Source: Eledone cirrhosa (lineage: Eukaryota). Taken from it: a stretch of 64,000 bases of DNA. Of the stretch, positions 1-14,029 are shown piece by piece. The position numbers were made by a program, and so were the translations under genes. Location: assembly GCA_964016885.1 (NCBI GenBank), contig OZ024745.1:105896001-105960000 (forward strand), given 5' to 3'. The notes beneath the pieces were generated by a model. That model had not been told where the DNA came from, did not search any database, and saw nothing but the letters and a program-made list of their open reading frames with translations. The stretch's first letter is position 1; every line of letters begins with the position of its first letter.

Positions 1-1439
1 ATGAACTTGCAATTAAATAAAAACTATTATATCGAGGAAAACTATACAGTTGATAAGTCTGCTTGACACAAGTCAAATATATATCAAATCATTCATTCTA
101 CAGCCATAAAAAGGTAGTTCAAAATCAAGAAAGTAATCCTTGATAAACTCTCTGAAAACTAAAGACAATCTGCTCACAACTGGAACAACTTTGATCATTG
201 GTGTGTTTCCTCACACTGAACTCAAACTAAACAACTACAACCAGGGCACCATTGAAGATGTGTGGCATAAAAAACAAAACGAAATATAAATTAAATAGAG
301 AAACAACAACAATCTTGAATGAAAACCATGAACATAACCACTGTTGCTTTCTCCACTCTATTTACTGCACACATCACTTAAAACATAAATGAATCGATGA
401 ATACAAAAAGAAAAAAATAGAAAAAGAACAAAACAAGTTGGTAATTTAAATCTAGAAGTAGATCAGGTTAAAGAGAACTGCGTCCATTTTTAATTTACTA
501 ATTGTAACAGTTGAAAAATAGACCTCATTATTAGGTGAAAAAACAAGTTAACATTTTAGTGAAACGATGCGATGGAGGAGGTAGAGAAGGTAACAAAAAG
601 AAAGGAGGAGAGATGGTACAAGATGTGAGGAAAAGCATGTTTGTGACTGATATAATTAGATTTTGAGGACAAGGTCTGTGATTTTAAGCTCTGTGTGCCT
701 GGACACATTTACATACTCCATCCATCCATGTATCTGTATGCACTTAACTTCAGATGAAATCATCGGTGCGCTGTCGTGATAATTTGTTGGTTTGCTGTTG
801 TTAGTTTAGTTGAAATTGGTGAATATATTCTTTATTTAGTGTAATGATGATAAAGTTGTTATGGTAGCACTGGTGGTAGTGTTGTAGTTATTATTGTTCT
901 AGTTGTAATGTTTGCAGTAATGCTGATAGGGATGGCTGTGCTAGTGCTGATGGTATCGTTGCTGCTACTATAGCACTTGTGTTATTAGATGTGATAGCAC
1001 TGGTGGTGCTGGTTATGCTAATTCAATTTTGATCATTGGTGCCATACTTGCTACTTAAACAAACTCGTTTAGACATACATACACTCGTACAAGCAAATCA
1101 GTTAGTTGCTTTACACGTACACAAAATAAACTTCAACATACATACGTTAACATTTAATCATACGCTCATCCATAGAAATCCACACATCTAACAGAGGTAA
1201 TCAAACACTGCCAGATATTTTACACACGCACATTTATAGTACACAAATTCATATTTACATTCACTCACTCATAAAAATCCACAACTACATACCTCACAGA
1301 TATATGCATAATCTCACACACATGTTGATACTTTGCACTATAAACTTAAAAAAAAAACACACACGTTTAAACATATACTCACACATAAAATCGACACTAA
1401 TACGTGCACACTTAGCGTTCCAATTTACGTTACGAAGAC

Positions 1440-2035
1440 TACCGGTTTGTCAGCGTTAGACACCATGCTTTACAGCATATAGTTATGGCCCTTTACGTTT
1501 TGGGTTCAAATCCTGCCGAGGTTAACTTTGCCTTTCATCCTTACGGGGTCGATAAAATAAAGTACCAGTAATGCTCTGAGATAATTGCTGGCCTTGTGCC
1601 AACAGTAGAAACAATTATTTTCGTTGATCGGTGGATCAGCAGTATCGGTAGAGGGTCGGAGACCATGGTTTACAGCATAGAGTTACGTCCCTTTAAGATC
1701 TAAGTTCAAATCCTGCCGAGGTTAACTTTGCCTTTCAACCTTATGGGGTCGATAAAATAAAGCACCAGTAATGCACTGGGGTCGATTTAATCGACTTTCC
1801 CATTTCCCCAAATTTATGGCCTTGTGCCTATACTAAAAACAATTATTTTCGTTGATCGGTGGATTGGCAGTAAAGGTAGAGCGTCAGACACTATACTTTG
1901 CAGGACTTTTGCGGTCTGAGTTCAAATCCCGCCGAGGTTAACTTTGCCTTTCATCCTTACGGCGTCGATAAAATAGAGTACCATTAATGCACTGGGTAAT
2001 TGCTGGCCTTGTGCCAAAAGTAGAAGCAATTATTT
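1440..2035 (+). mobile_element. Head-to-tail trimer of a tRNA-derived SINE
   Basis: Three units (~1440-1620, 1627-1850, 1853-2035). A-box-like (t/c)(g/a)gcagtatcggtaga is clear in units 2-3. All have B box gttcaaatcc and the body gccgaggttaactttgcctttcatccttacggggtcgataaaataaagtaccag, which resembles the Meta domain of MetaSINEs (inference). Confidence 0.9.
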
Positions 2036-2749
2036 TATTTTTTTGTTTTACTGCTGAATACGTTTTATACCCTGTGGCTATCCTCTGTGATCCTGTCTCT
2101 ATCTTTTGTACTTCTGAAGAAGGGCTAAAGCCCGCCACGTCAAACTTTCATTCACCTTTTCCATATAAAGCCTGAAACTAATAAGACCTTTTGTTTATAT
2201 ACATATATATAGCTACACATACACAGAGATACATAGAGAGAATGAGAGAGAAGAGAGAGGGGGGAAAGAGATAGAGAGAGAAAATGTACGAAATCTCAGA
2301 CGTAGAAAATAGCTGACTGTAAGTGTGTGTGTGTGCGTGTGTGCGTGTGTGTGTGTGATCTTGCGTTTGTTTATAGAATTGTGAAAGTTGCTCTTTGGTA
2401 GATTATTGAAACAAAACATCTACTCTTTACTCTCTAAATGACTGGAAGATAAAAACTATTGTTTAAGGGAATATTATTGTACCAGATATTTATTATTATC
2501 AAGCAGCCATTTTGTCGAGGTCTGCCATTCCACTCATCTTTGTCTCTCTCTCTATCTTACTCCTTCTTTGTAACACACACACACCCTACGCCACCCCCCT
2601 CACCCTCGCATCTATAACTCTCGTTCTCATTTCAAATAAAGAAAATACTCTTTTATTATTCCTTTATCATTAAATAAAAAAAATGTCTCCGGTATAATTA
2701 TTTACGTATAAGCATATGTTGAAACGAAACCGACGGTAGTGGGGTCTGG

Positions 2750-5460
2750 TGGTAGTAATGTAATAATAACCAGATATGGTGGTGATAGAACTTGTGGTAG
2801 TAATGTAATAATAACCATATATGGTGGTGATATACCTTGTGGTAGTAATGTAATAATAACCAGATATGGTAGTGATAGAACTTGTGGTAGTAATGTAATA
2901 ATAACCAGATATGGTGGTGATAGAACTTGTGGTAGTAATGTAATAATAACCAGATATGGTAGTGATAGAACTTGTGGTAGTAATGTAATAATAACCAGAT
3001 ATGATGGTGATAGAACTTGTGGTAGTAATGTAATAATAACCAGATATGATGGTGATAGAACTTGTGGTAGTAATGTAATAATAACCAGATATGGTGGTGA
3101 TAGAACTTGTGGTAGTAATGTAATAATTGTTTCTACTTTAGGCACAAGACCAGCAATTACCCAGTACATTACTGGTACTTTATTTTATCGACCCCGTAAG
3201 GATGAAAGGCAAAGTTAACCTCGGCGGGATTTGAACTCAGACTGTAAAGGGACGTAACTATGCTAGAAAGCATGGCGTCCGACTCTCTACCGATACTGCC
3301 AATTCCCCAACCAGATATGGTAGTGATAGAACTTGTGGTAGTAATGTAATAATAACCAGATATGATGGTGATAGAACTTGTGGTAGTAATGTAATAATAA
3401 CCAGATATGGTGGTGATAGAACTTGTGGTAGTAATGTAATAATAACCAGATATGGTGGTGATAGAACTTGTGGTAGTAATGTAATAATAACCAGATATGG
3501 TGGTGATAGAACTTGTGGTAGTAATGTAATAATAACCAGATATGGTGGTGATAGAACTTGTGGTAGTAATGTAATAATAACCAGATATGGTGGTGATAGA
3601 ACTTGTGGTAGTAATGTAATAATAACCAGATATGGTGGTGATAGAACTTGTGGTAGTAATGTAATAATAACCAGATATGGTGGTGATAGAACTTGTGGTA
3701 GTAATGTAATAATAACCAGATATGGTAGTGATAGAACTTGTGGTAGTAACGTAATAATAACCAGATATGGTGGTGATAGAACTTGTGGTAGTAATGTAAT
3801 AATAACCAGATATGGTGGTGATAGAACTTGTGGTAGTAATGTAATAATAACCAGATATGGTGTTGATAGAACTTGTGGTAGTAACGTAATAATAACCAGA
3901 TATGGTGGTGATAGAACTTGTGGTAGTAATGTAATAATAAACAGATATGGGGGTGATAGAACTTGTGGTAGTAATGTAATAATAACCAGATATGGTGGTG
4001 ATAGAACTTGTGGTAGTAATGTAATAATAACCAGATATGGTAGTGATAGAACTTGTGGTAGTAACGTAATAATAACCAGATATGGTGGTGATAGAACTTG
4101 TGGTAGTAATGTAATAATAACCAGATATGGTGGTGATAGAACTTGTGGTAGTAATGTAATAATAACCAGATATGGTAGTGATAGAACTTGTGGTAGTAAT
4201 GTAATAATAACCAGATATGGTAGTGATAGAACTTGTGGTAGTAATGTAATAATAACCAGATATGGTGGTGATAGAACTTGTGGTAGTAACGTAATAATAA
4301 CCAGATATGGTAGTGATAGAACTTGTGGTAGTAATGTAATAATAACCAGATATGATGGTGATAGAACTTGTGGTAGTAATGTAATAATAACCAGATATGG
4401 TGGTGATAGAACTTGTGGTAGTAATGTAATAATAACCAGATATGGTGGTGATAGAACTTGTGGTAGTAATGTAATAATAACCAGATATGGTGGTGATAGA
4501 ACTTGTGGTAGTAATGTAATAATAACCAGATATGGGGGTGATAGAACTTGTGGTAGTAATGTAATAATAACCAGATATGGTGGTGATAGAACTTGTGGTA
4601 GTAATGTAATAATAACCAGATATGGTAGTGATAGAACTTGTGGTAGTAATGTAATAATAACCAGATATGGTGGTGATAGAACTTGTGGTAGTAATGTAAT
4701 AATAACCAGATATGGTAGTGATAGAACTTGTGGTAGTAATGTAATAATAACCAGATATGGTGGTGATAGAACTTGTGGTAGTAATGTAATAATAACCAGA
4801 TATGGTAGTGATAGAACTTGTGGTAGTAATGTAATAATAACCAGATATGGGGGTGATAGAACTTGTGGTAGTAATGTAATAATAACCAGATATGGTGGTG
4901 ATAGAACTTGTGGTATTAATGTAATAATAACCATATATGGTGGTGATATACCTTGTGGTAGTAATGTAATAATAACCAGATATGGTGGTGATAGAACTTG
5001 TGGTAGTAATGTAATAATAACCAGATATGGTGGTGATAGAACTTGTGGTAGTAATGTAATAATAACCAGATATGGTGGTGATAGAACTTGTGGTAGTAAT
5101 GTAATAATAACCAGATATGGTGGTGATAGAACTTGTGGTAGTAATGTAATAATAACCAGATATGGTAGTGATAGAACTTGTGGTAGTAATGCAATAATAA
5201 CCAGATATGGTGGTGATAGAACTTGTGGTAGTAACGTAATAATAACCAGATATGGTGGTGATAGAACTTGTGGTAGTAATGTAATAATAACCAGATATGG
5301 TAGTGATAGAACTTGTGGTAGTAATGTAATAATAACCAGATATGGTAGTGATAGAACTTGTGGTAGTAATGTAATAATAACCAGATATGGTGGTGATAGA
5401 ACTTGTGGTAGTAATGTAATAATAACCAGATATGGTAGTGATAGAACTTGTGGTAGTAAT
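2750..5460. repeat. 45-bp minisatellite, ~8 + ~48 copies, interrupted by a SINE
   Basis: Unit accagatatggtggtgatagaacttgtggtagtaatgtaataata repeated near-perfectly; gives the 15-aa periodicity in the ORF track. Confidence 0.98.
3126..3308 (-). mobile_element. tRNA-derived SINE inserted in the minisatellite
   Basis: Reverse complement of the SINE body (ggatgaaaggcaaagttaacctcggcgggatttgaactc); array phase resumes on the other side. Confidence 0.92.
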
Positions 5461-5689
5461 GGAGATGATGTTTATGACAGCAATGATAACTCTGAAGGTA
5501 ATAGTTTCGATAATTCTAATTGTGTTAGTTGGGACGATAAAGATGATAATAACAACATTGTTCATAATTATGGTACTAATGAGGCTTTTGTTGGTTCTTT
5601 CTCACCAAATTTATTATTGGATTCAAAGTAATACCTTAATTTTATGCGTGTGAAATCAGTAAACTGCTTTATAACAAATTAACGTAAAT

Positions 5690-5865
5690 ATTGTTTCTAC
5701 TTTTGGCACAAGGCCAGCAATTACTCAGTGCATTACTGGTACTTTATTTGATCGACCCCGTAAGGGTGAAAGGCAAAGTTAACCTCGGCGGGATTTGAAC
5801 TCAGACCATAAAGGGCCGTAACTCTATGCTGCAAAGCATGGCGCCCGATGCTCTACCGATTCTGA
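5690..5865 (-). mobile_element. tRNA-derived SINE
   Basis: Same family as 3126-3308. Confidence 0.9.
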
Positions 5866-7581
5866 AATATTGATTATTACTCTCAATGTTTGGAACAGCA
5901 GTGTATGTGCATGCGTGTGGATACGTTTTTTTTTTATTGATTAGTCTTGGGTTAGCCCTGATGGAACGGTCATATGATCAAAGGTGTACCAGCTGTCATT
6001 TCCTTTTCAGACATATTAGTTTCAGGTCTATATAATTCAATATGTTTCCTTTTTTTTTTATATAAAACCGTTCGATGAGATTTAACTATTACTGCTAACA
6101 GCTTGAATGACCACGTTGAGACTTGTCCATTGGCTTCATCATTGCTTGAATGAATGTTGGTGTGGATGTGTGGAAACAAGTTAATTTTTTTCTTTCAAAG
6201 TTTATCGAATTATTTCAGTCATATCAAAAAGAATATTCAGGTATTGGAAATAATAACACTAGTGAAAGAAAATAAAATATTTCAGTTATAGAGAATATGT
6301 TAGTGTGATGATATGAAAATACAGAAAAAAAAAAACCCATATACTTTAGTGATACTTTGGATGTGCGGCATTAATAATATATGTTTCCAGGATATGAAAG
6401 GGATCTCAATAGTATCAGATAATACATCAGGATTATCAGAAAGAATTGAAAGAAAATCATATTTATTTGATACATCTTTTAACATATTTCTTACACATAT
6501 CATGAGTGATTTTGTAATATGGTGCAACAAAAAAAAGAAAATATATCTAAAAAATCTGACAACATGAGGAATATCGTAATATTTGAATCAATAAATACTG
6601 AAAATCAGGATGAAAAAGTAGATGGTGATATTCGTGTTGTTTATACCCCAATCGTCATTGATCGTGTCGATCTATGATCAAATGTGTTCCATTCCTGATC
6701 TATCACATCTTTTCCTCCCAGCCATAGTGTAACGAGGACTATATCCAATAATGTGTAGTTCCATTGTTAATTTAACGGAGATTTCGCTGTTGTGTGTAGC
6801 ATATCAAGCCACTTCGATAATTTTACAGACCATCAATTCTTATTTGCATTGCTTTTATCTCGACTGGAGTTGCTTGGTTAATGTTTGTGGCTTTTAATAT
6901 CCTTGGAAACAGTTCTTTCTACTAATTGCATAAAATACCTCGGGTAATCGAAGTTTTTCCAATTGTTTCGTTATATTGTATATGTAAGATCGTACCGTAT
7001 GTATATTTAATATAAAGAACGTTCCTTTGGTGTATTGCCCCTCAGCATTATTGTAGGATCGTTGTAATTCAAACTTATTTCCAAATGTATTCGGATTTAA
7101 AACAACATCCGAGTCAACGTAGTCTTTCATTTCATAATCATGAGTACGGCGATATGCCCGGATTGTCTCGTTTAGATTATACCACATCAGTAAAACATTC
7201 TCTAACTTTGATTGATAGTCACGGAATTGTGTAAATTTCTTGCAAGAATGAAAATGGAAGGGTGTAATAAGATTAAAACAATAACTGGTGAAAACACCCA
7301 GAGAAGTCTATTGCTTGAAAAAATAATATTAAAAGGCTCTGTCAATTTCATTAATTAAAATTCGAATTTTACTGACGAAAGAATAACTGGGATATAGATA
7401 ATTACAGTATCAAATACTCAACACGATATAACCTCTAGTGGTTTAGGAGATTAGCATTTAGCTCAATCGATATTCTACTTCTTAAAGGGGCTGAATTTTC
7501 CACATACGCTAGCACCATTAACTAAATTCTCAGGTAGAATCAGCATAGAAAATGTTGCATACATACATACATAAATACATT

Positions 7582-7651
<70 letters not shown>

Positions 7652-7767
7652 TACATACTACCATAAATACATATACACATACATACATTCACATATACAT
7701 ACATACATACATACATACATACATACATACATACATACATACATACATACATACATACATACATACA

Positions 7768-8283
7768 TGGTGGCTGCCAACTCGTTTTCGAGTACAGCCA
7801 CTACTTTATATCCATGTAGGAGAACCCCTACCGATGCGCTGAACGAGTGTGACTTTTTAGTCCAGCCAGCGACTTGAAAACTCTGGTACAAACACTACAC
7901 TTGTGACAATTATTGACACAGTGCTGGGCCCATGGTACCATGTGACGACAAGTGCAGAGAGATCTCCAGATATAAAGCAATGCCTGTGCCGTGAAGCTTT
8001 TATAGTGAGCAAAGGCACTGCACAAAGCCAGTCCCACTCTCTTAACTAGGATGATATTTACCAAAAAGAAGAACAAGTCAACATCATTGGATACCATCCG
8101 GGTTGCAGGTGTTATATCAGAGTTTTCCTTCTCCTAGACAAGGCTAAGGGGTCATCTCTCCCGGTGATTTTGGATGGCCATTGACTCTTAAGAGCTCCTT
8201 TGTCCTTTGACAGGTTTTGTTTTTAGTCCTGCAGGATGTCCAAAGTCACCCTCCTCACCAAGAAACCTTGGTGCGGAGGGTGA
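7768..8283 (-). mobile_element. Non-autonomous RTE-derived element (5' UTR-like part joined to 3' end)
   Basis: Minus frame CHKCSVCTRVFKSLAGLKSHTRSAH resembles an RTE C-terminal zinc finger. 3' end actcgaaaacgagttggcagcca lies next to a (CATA)n tract. Similar to 12823-13155. Confidence 0.6.
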
Positions 8284-8289
8284 CATACA

Positions 8290-8740
8290 TACATACAGCA
8301 GATGCCAATATAATATCAAAGATTAGGGAAAAGGAGAATATTTATCTGATTATACCTTCAGATTTATGCCTGTGATTATTGGGGCACTGGGATATGTTAG
8401 TAACTACGTCAATACAAATCTTGAGAAGCTGGGCTTCACAGGAACAGAAAGAACACAACTAGTTAGGAAATTACAAGTACAATCCATTGAACAGTAAAAA
8501 TATGTAAAACATTCCAAATATTTTGCATCTAATAACTGCATATACACATGCACACATACAACTCAAAACATCCACATCCACACATACAATAACATCCATA
8601 TCTACACATGCATGCAGAGATGCATACATATCTACCTAGTTGATGTTATGTAAATTCCAATGAGATAGTCTTGTGTCTATGTTAGAAACCGACTCTCTCT
8701 CTATTGGCAAACATTTGTGAAATTATAAAACCAGAAAAAC
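8290..8740 (+). mobile_element. 3' end of R4/Dong-type LINE
   Basis: Encodes FRFMPVIIGALGYVS..NTNLEKLGFTGTE; near-identical to the 3' end of 56186-58252; tail aaccagaaaaacatacata. Confidence 0.85.
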
Positions 8741-9411
8741 ATACATAGAAACACACATACATAGATACTTAAGAGAGTAAAATATGATTTGAGGCAGATT
8801 TACTTGCTATTTCTCTAATGTCTATCAATAATGTCAGGTCTCCTTCATTGTCCCATATTTATCGTATTTCTCGGCGTCGAAGACGCTACCTTTTTCCAAA
8901 AAGAAGTCTCAAAATCTAGCATGCGTCCTGGAGGCCGAAGATTGTTTATTATCTTTTTCAAATTTGTAGTGGTCAAAATTAGGGTGCGTCTTCGAGGATG
9001 GGAAATACGAAGGTGGGAATTAAAGCTGACTTGACGTTAGATTCTCGCTGATCTATTGAACACGTATGCCCCCTAGGTGGAAATACTTTGTAAATATCAA
9101 TCTGAAATTACAGATATTATGGTTACACGAACGATTCCGCATCTTTAACCTCACATCGAAACTTGCCACTGGTTTCAATGTGGTTGTAATTCGTTATTGA
9201 TTTACTATCTTTTGTTGGTAATAGTAATAACAATGGAAGACTCTCAACACGCTAGAAAACGTCACAAACTAACAGAAATTGTGTTAACAGCTCAATAATT
9301 GTAATGCTATTATATCATTATCAACGCGATCTTCATATTACAATAGAAGCAACAGTAGCAGCAGTGGTAGTAGTAGTAGTAGCATTAGTAGTAGCATTAG
9401 TAGTAGCATTG

Positions 9412-9450
<39 letters not shown>

Positions 9451-9464
9451 ATAGTAGTAGGTAG

Positions 9465-9498
<34 letters not shown>

Positions 9499-9516
9499 AG
9501 GTAGGTAGGTAGGTAG

Positions 9517-9547
<31 letters not shown>

Positions 9548-9789
9548 CAATAGTAGTAGTCGCAGTGGTGTTAGTGGGTATCGTAGTGCTGGCAGTTGTG
9601 TATGTTTGTACACACATACACGCGCACATATATATTATATATATATATGTAAGTATGTATATATGTGTATGTATATATATGAATGTATGTATATGTGTCT
9701 ATATATATGTATGTATATTTACCAATAAATATGTATATGTTTGTGTGTGTATATATATATATAAATATATATATATAACTTAGATAACT

Positions 9790-9897
9790 TAGGTTTCGGC
9801 CAGTATAGGCCCAGGTCATGTCTAATTTATGCGCAACCTGGGAATTGAACTCGTGATATGACCATAAGTCTAAGACCTTAACCTACTAGGCTACATA
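9790..9897 (-). mobile_element. tRNA-like SINE head, second family
   Basis: Minus strand gtagcctagtaggttaagg...gagttcaattccc (A- and B-box-like); no complete cloverleaf. Confidence 0.45.
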
Positions 9898-10034
9898 CCT
9901 TCAAAGGTTAAGAAAGTAATAAAAAGCGTTGGTTGATCAAGCAATTGACCAACTGTAGGCTAAACAGATATAAGCACTCCATGACTAGGTACCGTAAGGT
10001 ATTATCTATAAGATTTCAGACGGAATGTCAATAT

Positions 10035-10150
10035 TATTGCTTCTACTTTTGGCACAAGGCCAGCAATTGACCCAGTGCATTACTGGTACTTTATTTTATC
10101 GACCCCGTAAGGATGAAAGGTAAAGTTAACCTCAGCGGGATTTGAACTCA
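10035..10150 (-). mobile_element. 5'-truncated SINE
   Basis: SINE body up to the B box. Confidence 0.85.
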
Positions 10151-10359
10151 CAGCAAGAAGGGAGACGATATTCCGAGTATATCCTCTGTTTAATACATTA
10201 GTTTGCTATGCACATTTCGAAGACATCAAAGTGCTTGCGTAATAATCATTTGGTGTGCTGTAATCAGACAGGTATTAAAGTATAATAATAATATGCTCAC
10301 CATATTATGGAACAAGATATTAACAGCCGGCTAAAAGCGAGCATGAGGCTACATAGTTA

Positions 10360-12742
10360 GTCTTGTTACTGTGGAGTTTCGCCTGTCTATCTCAGTGTCA
10401 TCAGTCAAGATGATTCTTGTTTGAGGACTCTTCAATAAACAGGTGAAACTTCAGACAAACAAGACTCACTGTTAAATCATCCACAAAGAAATTATGGGTT
10501 AGGTTTGTATTTCTGTCCTCCTGTGAGCCAATGATGTATACTTCTCATTTCTTGAGCAGAAAGGAGAAGGGGTTTAATGGCAGGATGAATAATCTCCCTG
10601 AAATATACCCCTGCAATATTTTATTTTATCAGTGAAAATAGAGTCCTCCCTCTGTGTCTTTAACCTTAGGATAGTAGCCCAAGAAGAAGACAGCTTCTCT
10701 ATGGCTCTGATAATAATGTCTGGGACTTCAGCAAGTTGGAGGGCCTCTATCATCCAAGAATGGGGAACAGAATCGAAAGCTTTCCTGTAGTCCAGCCAGA
10801 CTGTAGCCATATTCCGCCTAAGTTGTTGCACCTTCGACATCGCAGTTTTGTTGATTAGGAGTTGTTCAGCATATCCCCAAATCCCTTTCTTTCTAGCTGC
10901 TTGTTCATCTGTGATGATGTTTTTATTTTCATAGTGATCTTGGAGGAATAGGTTCAGGCAGGCTGTATACATCTTATACATCAGGTTCTGGCATGCAATG
11001 GGTCGGTAGATTTTTTTCCAAGTGGGTGACTTTGTTCTTGGGGACCAGTAATGTTTGTGCTAATGTCAACCATTCTGGTATAAGTGTATCTCCCTTAAGA
11101 ACTTGTTGTTAGAGGTCAGTAACATTTTTCCGATAGAATATGAGTTTTTTGTACCAGTAGCCGACACTCATGTCTCTCCCTGGTGTTTTCTTATCTTGGA
11201 GTTTTCCTATCACAGTCTCAAGAGTACCCTCACTTATTTCGTATGTTTTTGTTGTAGTGTAGGAGCAATAGTTCTTTCGGATTTCTTTTAGCCACACTGA
11301 ATCTTGGTTGAAATTCTTCTTTTCACCCCATATTTTTCTCCAAAAGGAATCTATCACTTTCTGGGATGGGGCCTCAGTGACACATATTTTGTTCTTCATA
11401 TCTCTATAAACTGATGTTTAGTTTCGTCTGAATCTTTTATTAAGCACTTTTCTCTCATCTACCTTCTTCGGGTATCGGCGTTTTTCGCTAACAGCTCTCA
11501 ATTCTTGATTGAGGGTGATCAGCTTATATTGGAGAGTTCTGGTTCTACTGTTACCAAACATCGACTCTAATTTATTTTTCACTCTTTGTTGGTGAGGAGT
11601 GAGCTTATTTGTGTTTGTTTGCATGTAAGGAGCATTGTCACATATCCTGTTTTTTCGTAGGTCAGCAATCTTTTTTTCTATTTTAGTTATATATGATGGT
11701 ATTTTTGGTGGTGTTTTGTTCTTGTTAATATCTTTGTTATCAACAAGATAATGCTTCACTGTCGTTGCTAAGGCATATAAACAGGCTTTGATTTGCCAAA
11801 GTGTTGCGGCTTTTATCCGTCGTAAATATTCATCCCCTCTTTCATCAATAACAAGTAATATTTCATTATTTGTTTTTTTTTAAATTAAATATTGTCGTTT
11901 TAATACGTTCAGCAAGAGAGATATTTATACAGGAATTAATTTCTCCCTTCTTGTTTATACTTTTGATTATTATCATTATCGATAGTATTTTCCACAACAG
12001 TCGAGGTAGACTCGGATGGTACACGTGGTGTCAAATTTCTACGATTATTATTATTATCGATAGTGTTTTCCCCAGCATTCGAGGTACACTTAGCTAGTAC
12101 TCGTGGTGTCAAGTTTCTTACAGGCATAGTTGTTTCAAGGCACTGTTCGACCTGGCTGCTAGGACGTCTCGTAGCATGGCGATCTGTAGCACGTATTGTT
12201 GATCCCATGTTTTTTGTGGGGGGGCTTACAATTAATAATATTTATCTTATTTTTACGTTCAACAAATATGCTGTGAAATAATTTAGCTCTGGGTGCTTTT
12301 CGTCCCAGTCTAGCTTCATTCTCTTCATATAGCCAATAGAGGGGTTGTTTTTTGCCATTTTATAACAATTAAATAAATCATTATTAAGTTCGCAACTCCA
12401 AGAGAAATGCGATTTATAATTTCGGCTTCTTCTGTAGCTACAACTGAATAAATTTTATTTACCTTTCTCGTTGTTTGTCTTCGATACTTCCTTAATTTTG
12501 TTGTTGATGCTGTGTTCAGCCATGCTGTTTGTAGCAAATCCTTGTAAAATGAATTATGTATTTAGTCGGATATCTCTACGAATTCGAATAAAAGGTGTCT
12601 TCAGAAGATATAGTTAGAAGAATAATCAGTTATTCAACATGACTGTAGTTGTGGCATTACTGTCGGAGATAGTATTCATCTTAAATTTAATAAATAGTCT
12701 CCGACGCTAAAATATGCGACTGATCGTGTTGACTGTGTTATT
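10360..12742 (-). pseudogene. Decayed R4/Dong-clade non-LTR retrotransposon (5' end to RT)
   Basis: Frameshifted ORF pieces with FWRKIW, EQLLINK, WLDYRKAFDSVPHSW, RGIFQGD. Putative 5' end abuts (CATA)n; a similar 5'-end fragment lies at 13231-13291. Confidence 0.88.
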
Positions 12743-12822
12743 GTATGTATGTATGTATGTACATAGATACATACATACATACAATATGTATAATATATAT
12801 ACAATATATATATAATATATAT

Positions 12823-13155
12823 CGGCTGGACACCCGATCGCGCGGTTAAACCACTGGGAGTGAAGGACCCCTAGCCTTTCTCAGGGCATTCCTCTAAGAG
12901 AAGGCAACTCAGGAAACTGGGATAACTCCGATATAAAACCTGCGGCTCAGTAGTTACCGATGATGTTGATCTTTTCTTCTTTTCGGGTTATAGCTACTGT
13001 CGCTCAGAGAGTGGGATTGGCTCAGTGCACAGTCTTTCGTCACCTTAAAAAATATCTTCACGCACAGGCAGTGCACGTTAGAATTAATTAATTATTATTA
13101 ATAATGGTATATTGTGCAATGGCCATACTCGATAACGAGGGGGCAGCCATCATCA
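12823..13155 (+). mobile_element. Non-autonomous RTE-derived short element
   Basis: Shares motifs with 7768-8283 (gatataa.acctgc, gatgttga, 3' actcga.aacgag..ggcagcca). Confidence 0.55.
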
Positions 13156-13201
13156 TGTATGTATGTATGTATGTATGTATGTATGTATGTATGTATGTAT
13201 G

Positions 13202-13234
<33 letters not shown>

Positions 13235-13379
13235 TTGATAAATAGTCTCCCACACCAAAATGTGTGACTGATCACGTTGGCTGTGTTATTGTATGTATGT
13301 ATGTATGTATGTATGTATGTATGTATGTATGTATGTATGTATGTGTGTATGTATGTATGTATGTATGTATGTATGTATG

Positions 13380-13460
13380 TAGATTGTCCCCCCAAAATGC
13401 ATACACACGCCAACAGCATTGTAATAAAAGTGTGTATACACTTTTTGCGACACACTGTAT
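13380..13460. mobile_element. Tiny Tc1/mariner-type MITE
   Basis: Imperfect TIRs agattgtccccccaaaatgcatacacac / gtgtgtatacactttttgcgacacactg flanked by TA; related to 31110-31208 and 34021-34122. Confidence 0.5.
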
Positions 13461-13509
13461 ATATGTATATTTGATATATTTGCATATACATGTATATATA
13501 TATATCATA

Positions 13510-13658
13510 TAAACATTGATTGCCAGATAAATTAACTATGGAGATATAATAGATACAGAAGCGAAAACCAATCCAAACCAAACAGTGAGTGTGTTTTATT
13601 ATTATTTATGGCAATATTATAACAATATGACCCCCCCCCCCCACCAAATATAACAATA
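13510..13658 (+). mobile_element. Solo 3' terminus of the ORF-bearing PLE family
   Basis: ccaaacagtgagtgtgtt...ggcaatatt...atatgaccc...ccaaatataacaata matches the termini at 37541 and 39095. Confidence 0.75.
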
Positions 13659-13667
13659 TATATGTAT

Positions 13668-13710
<43 letters not shown>

Positions 13711-13713
<3 letters not shown>

Positions 13714-14029
13714 CAAAATACTAATAAATGAAGACGTTCACATAATCAAAATATATGTTTTATTATATATATTTCGGAGGTACTGTGCTGTTTTTTCAGT
13801 ACGTCCTCGTCAGATAAAATCATGTATTTTATTTGACAGGCCGTACTGAAAAAACAGCTCAGTACCTCCGAAATATATATAATAAAACATATATTTTGAT
13901 TATGTGAACGTCTTCATTTATGAGTATTTTGAATAATATTAATAACTCCATAAAACTTTCTGTAGAGTGTTTTTAATCCATTGTTAAACTATATTCATTG
14001 AGTAATCAATGAACCATATTAATCTTTGG

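Noticed and set aside
1627-1720. tRNA genes
   Set aside because: A and B boxes belong to SINE heads; no full cloverleaf or acceptor stem.
2750-5460. CRISPR-like array
   Set aside because: No unique spacers; a pure tandem repeat in eukaryotic context.
3169-5565. 798-aa and 558-aa mucin-like ORFs
   Set aside because: Products of a 45-bp stop-free unit open in several frames; both run into SINE sequence.
6313-6567. 84-aa ORF as host exon
   Set aside because: AT-rich, no recognisable motif and no clear splice donor.
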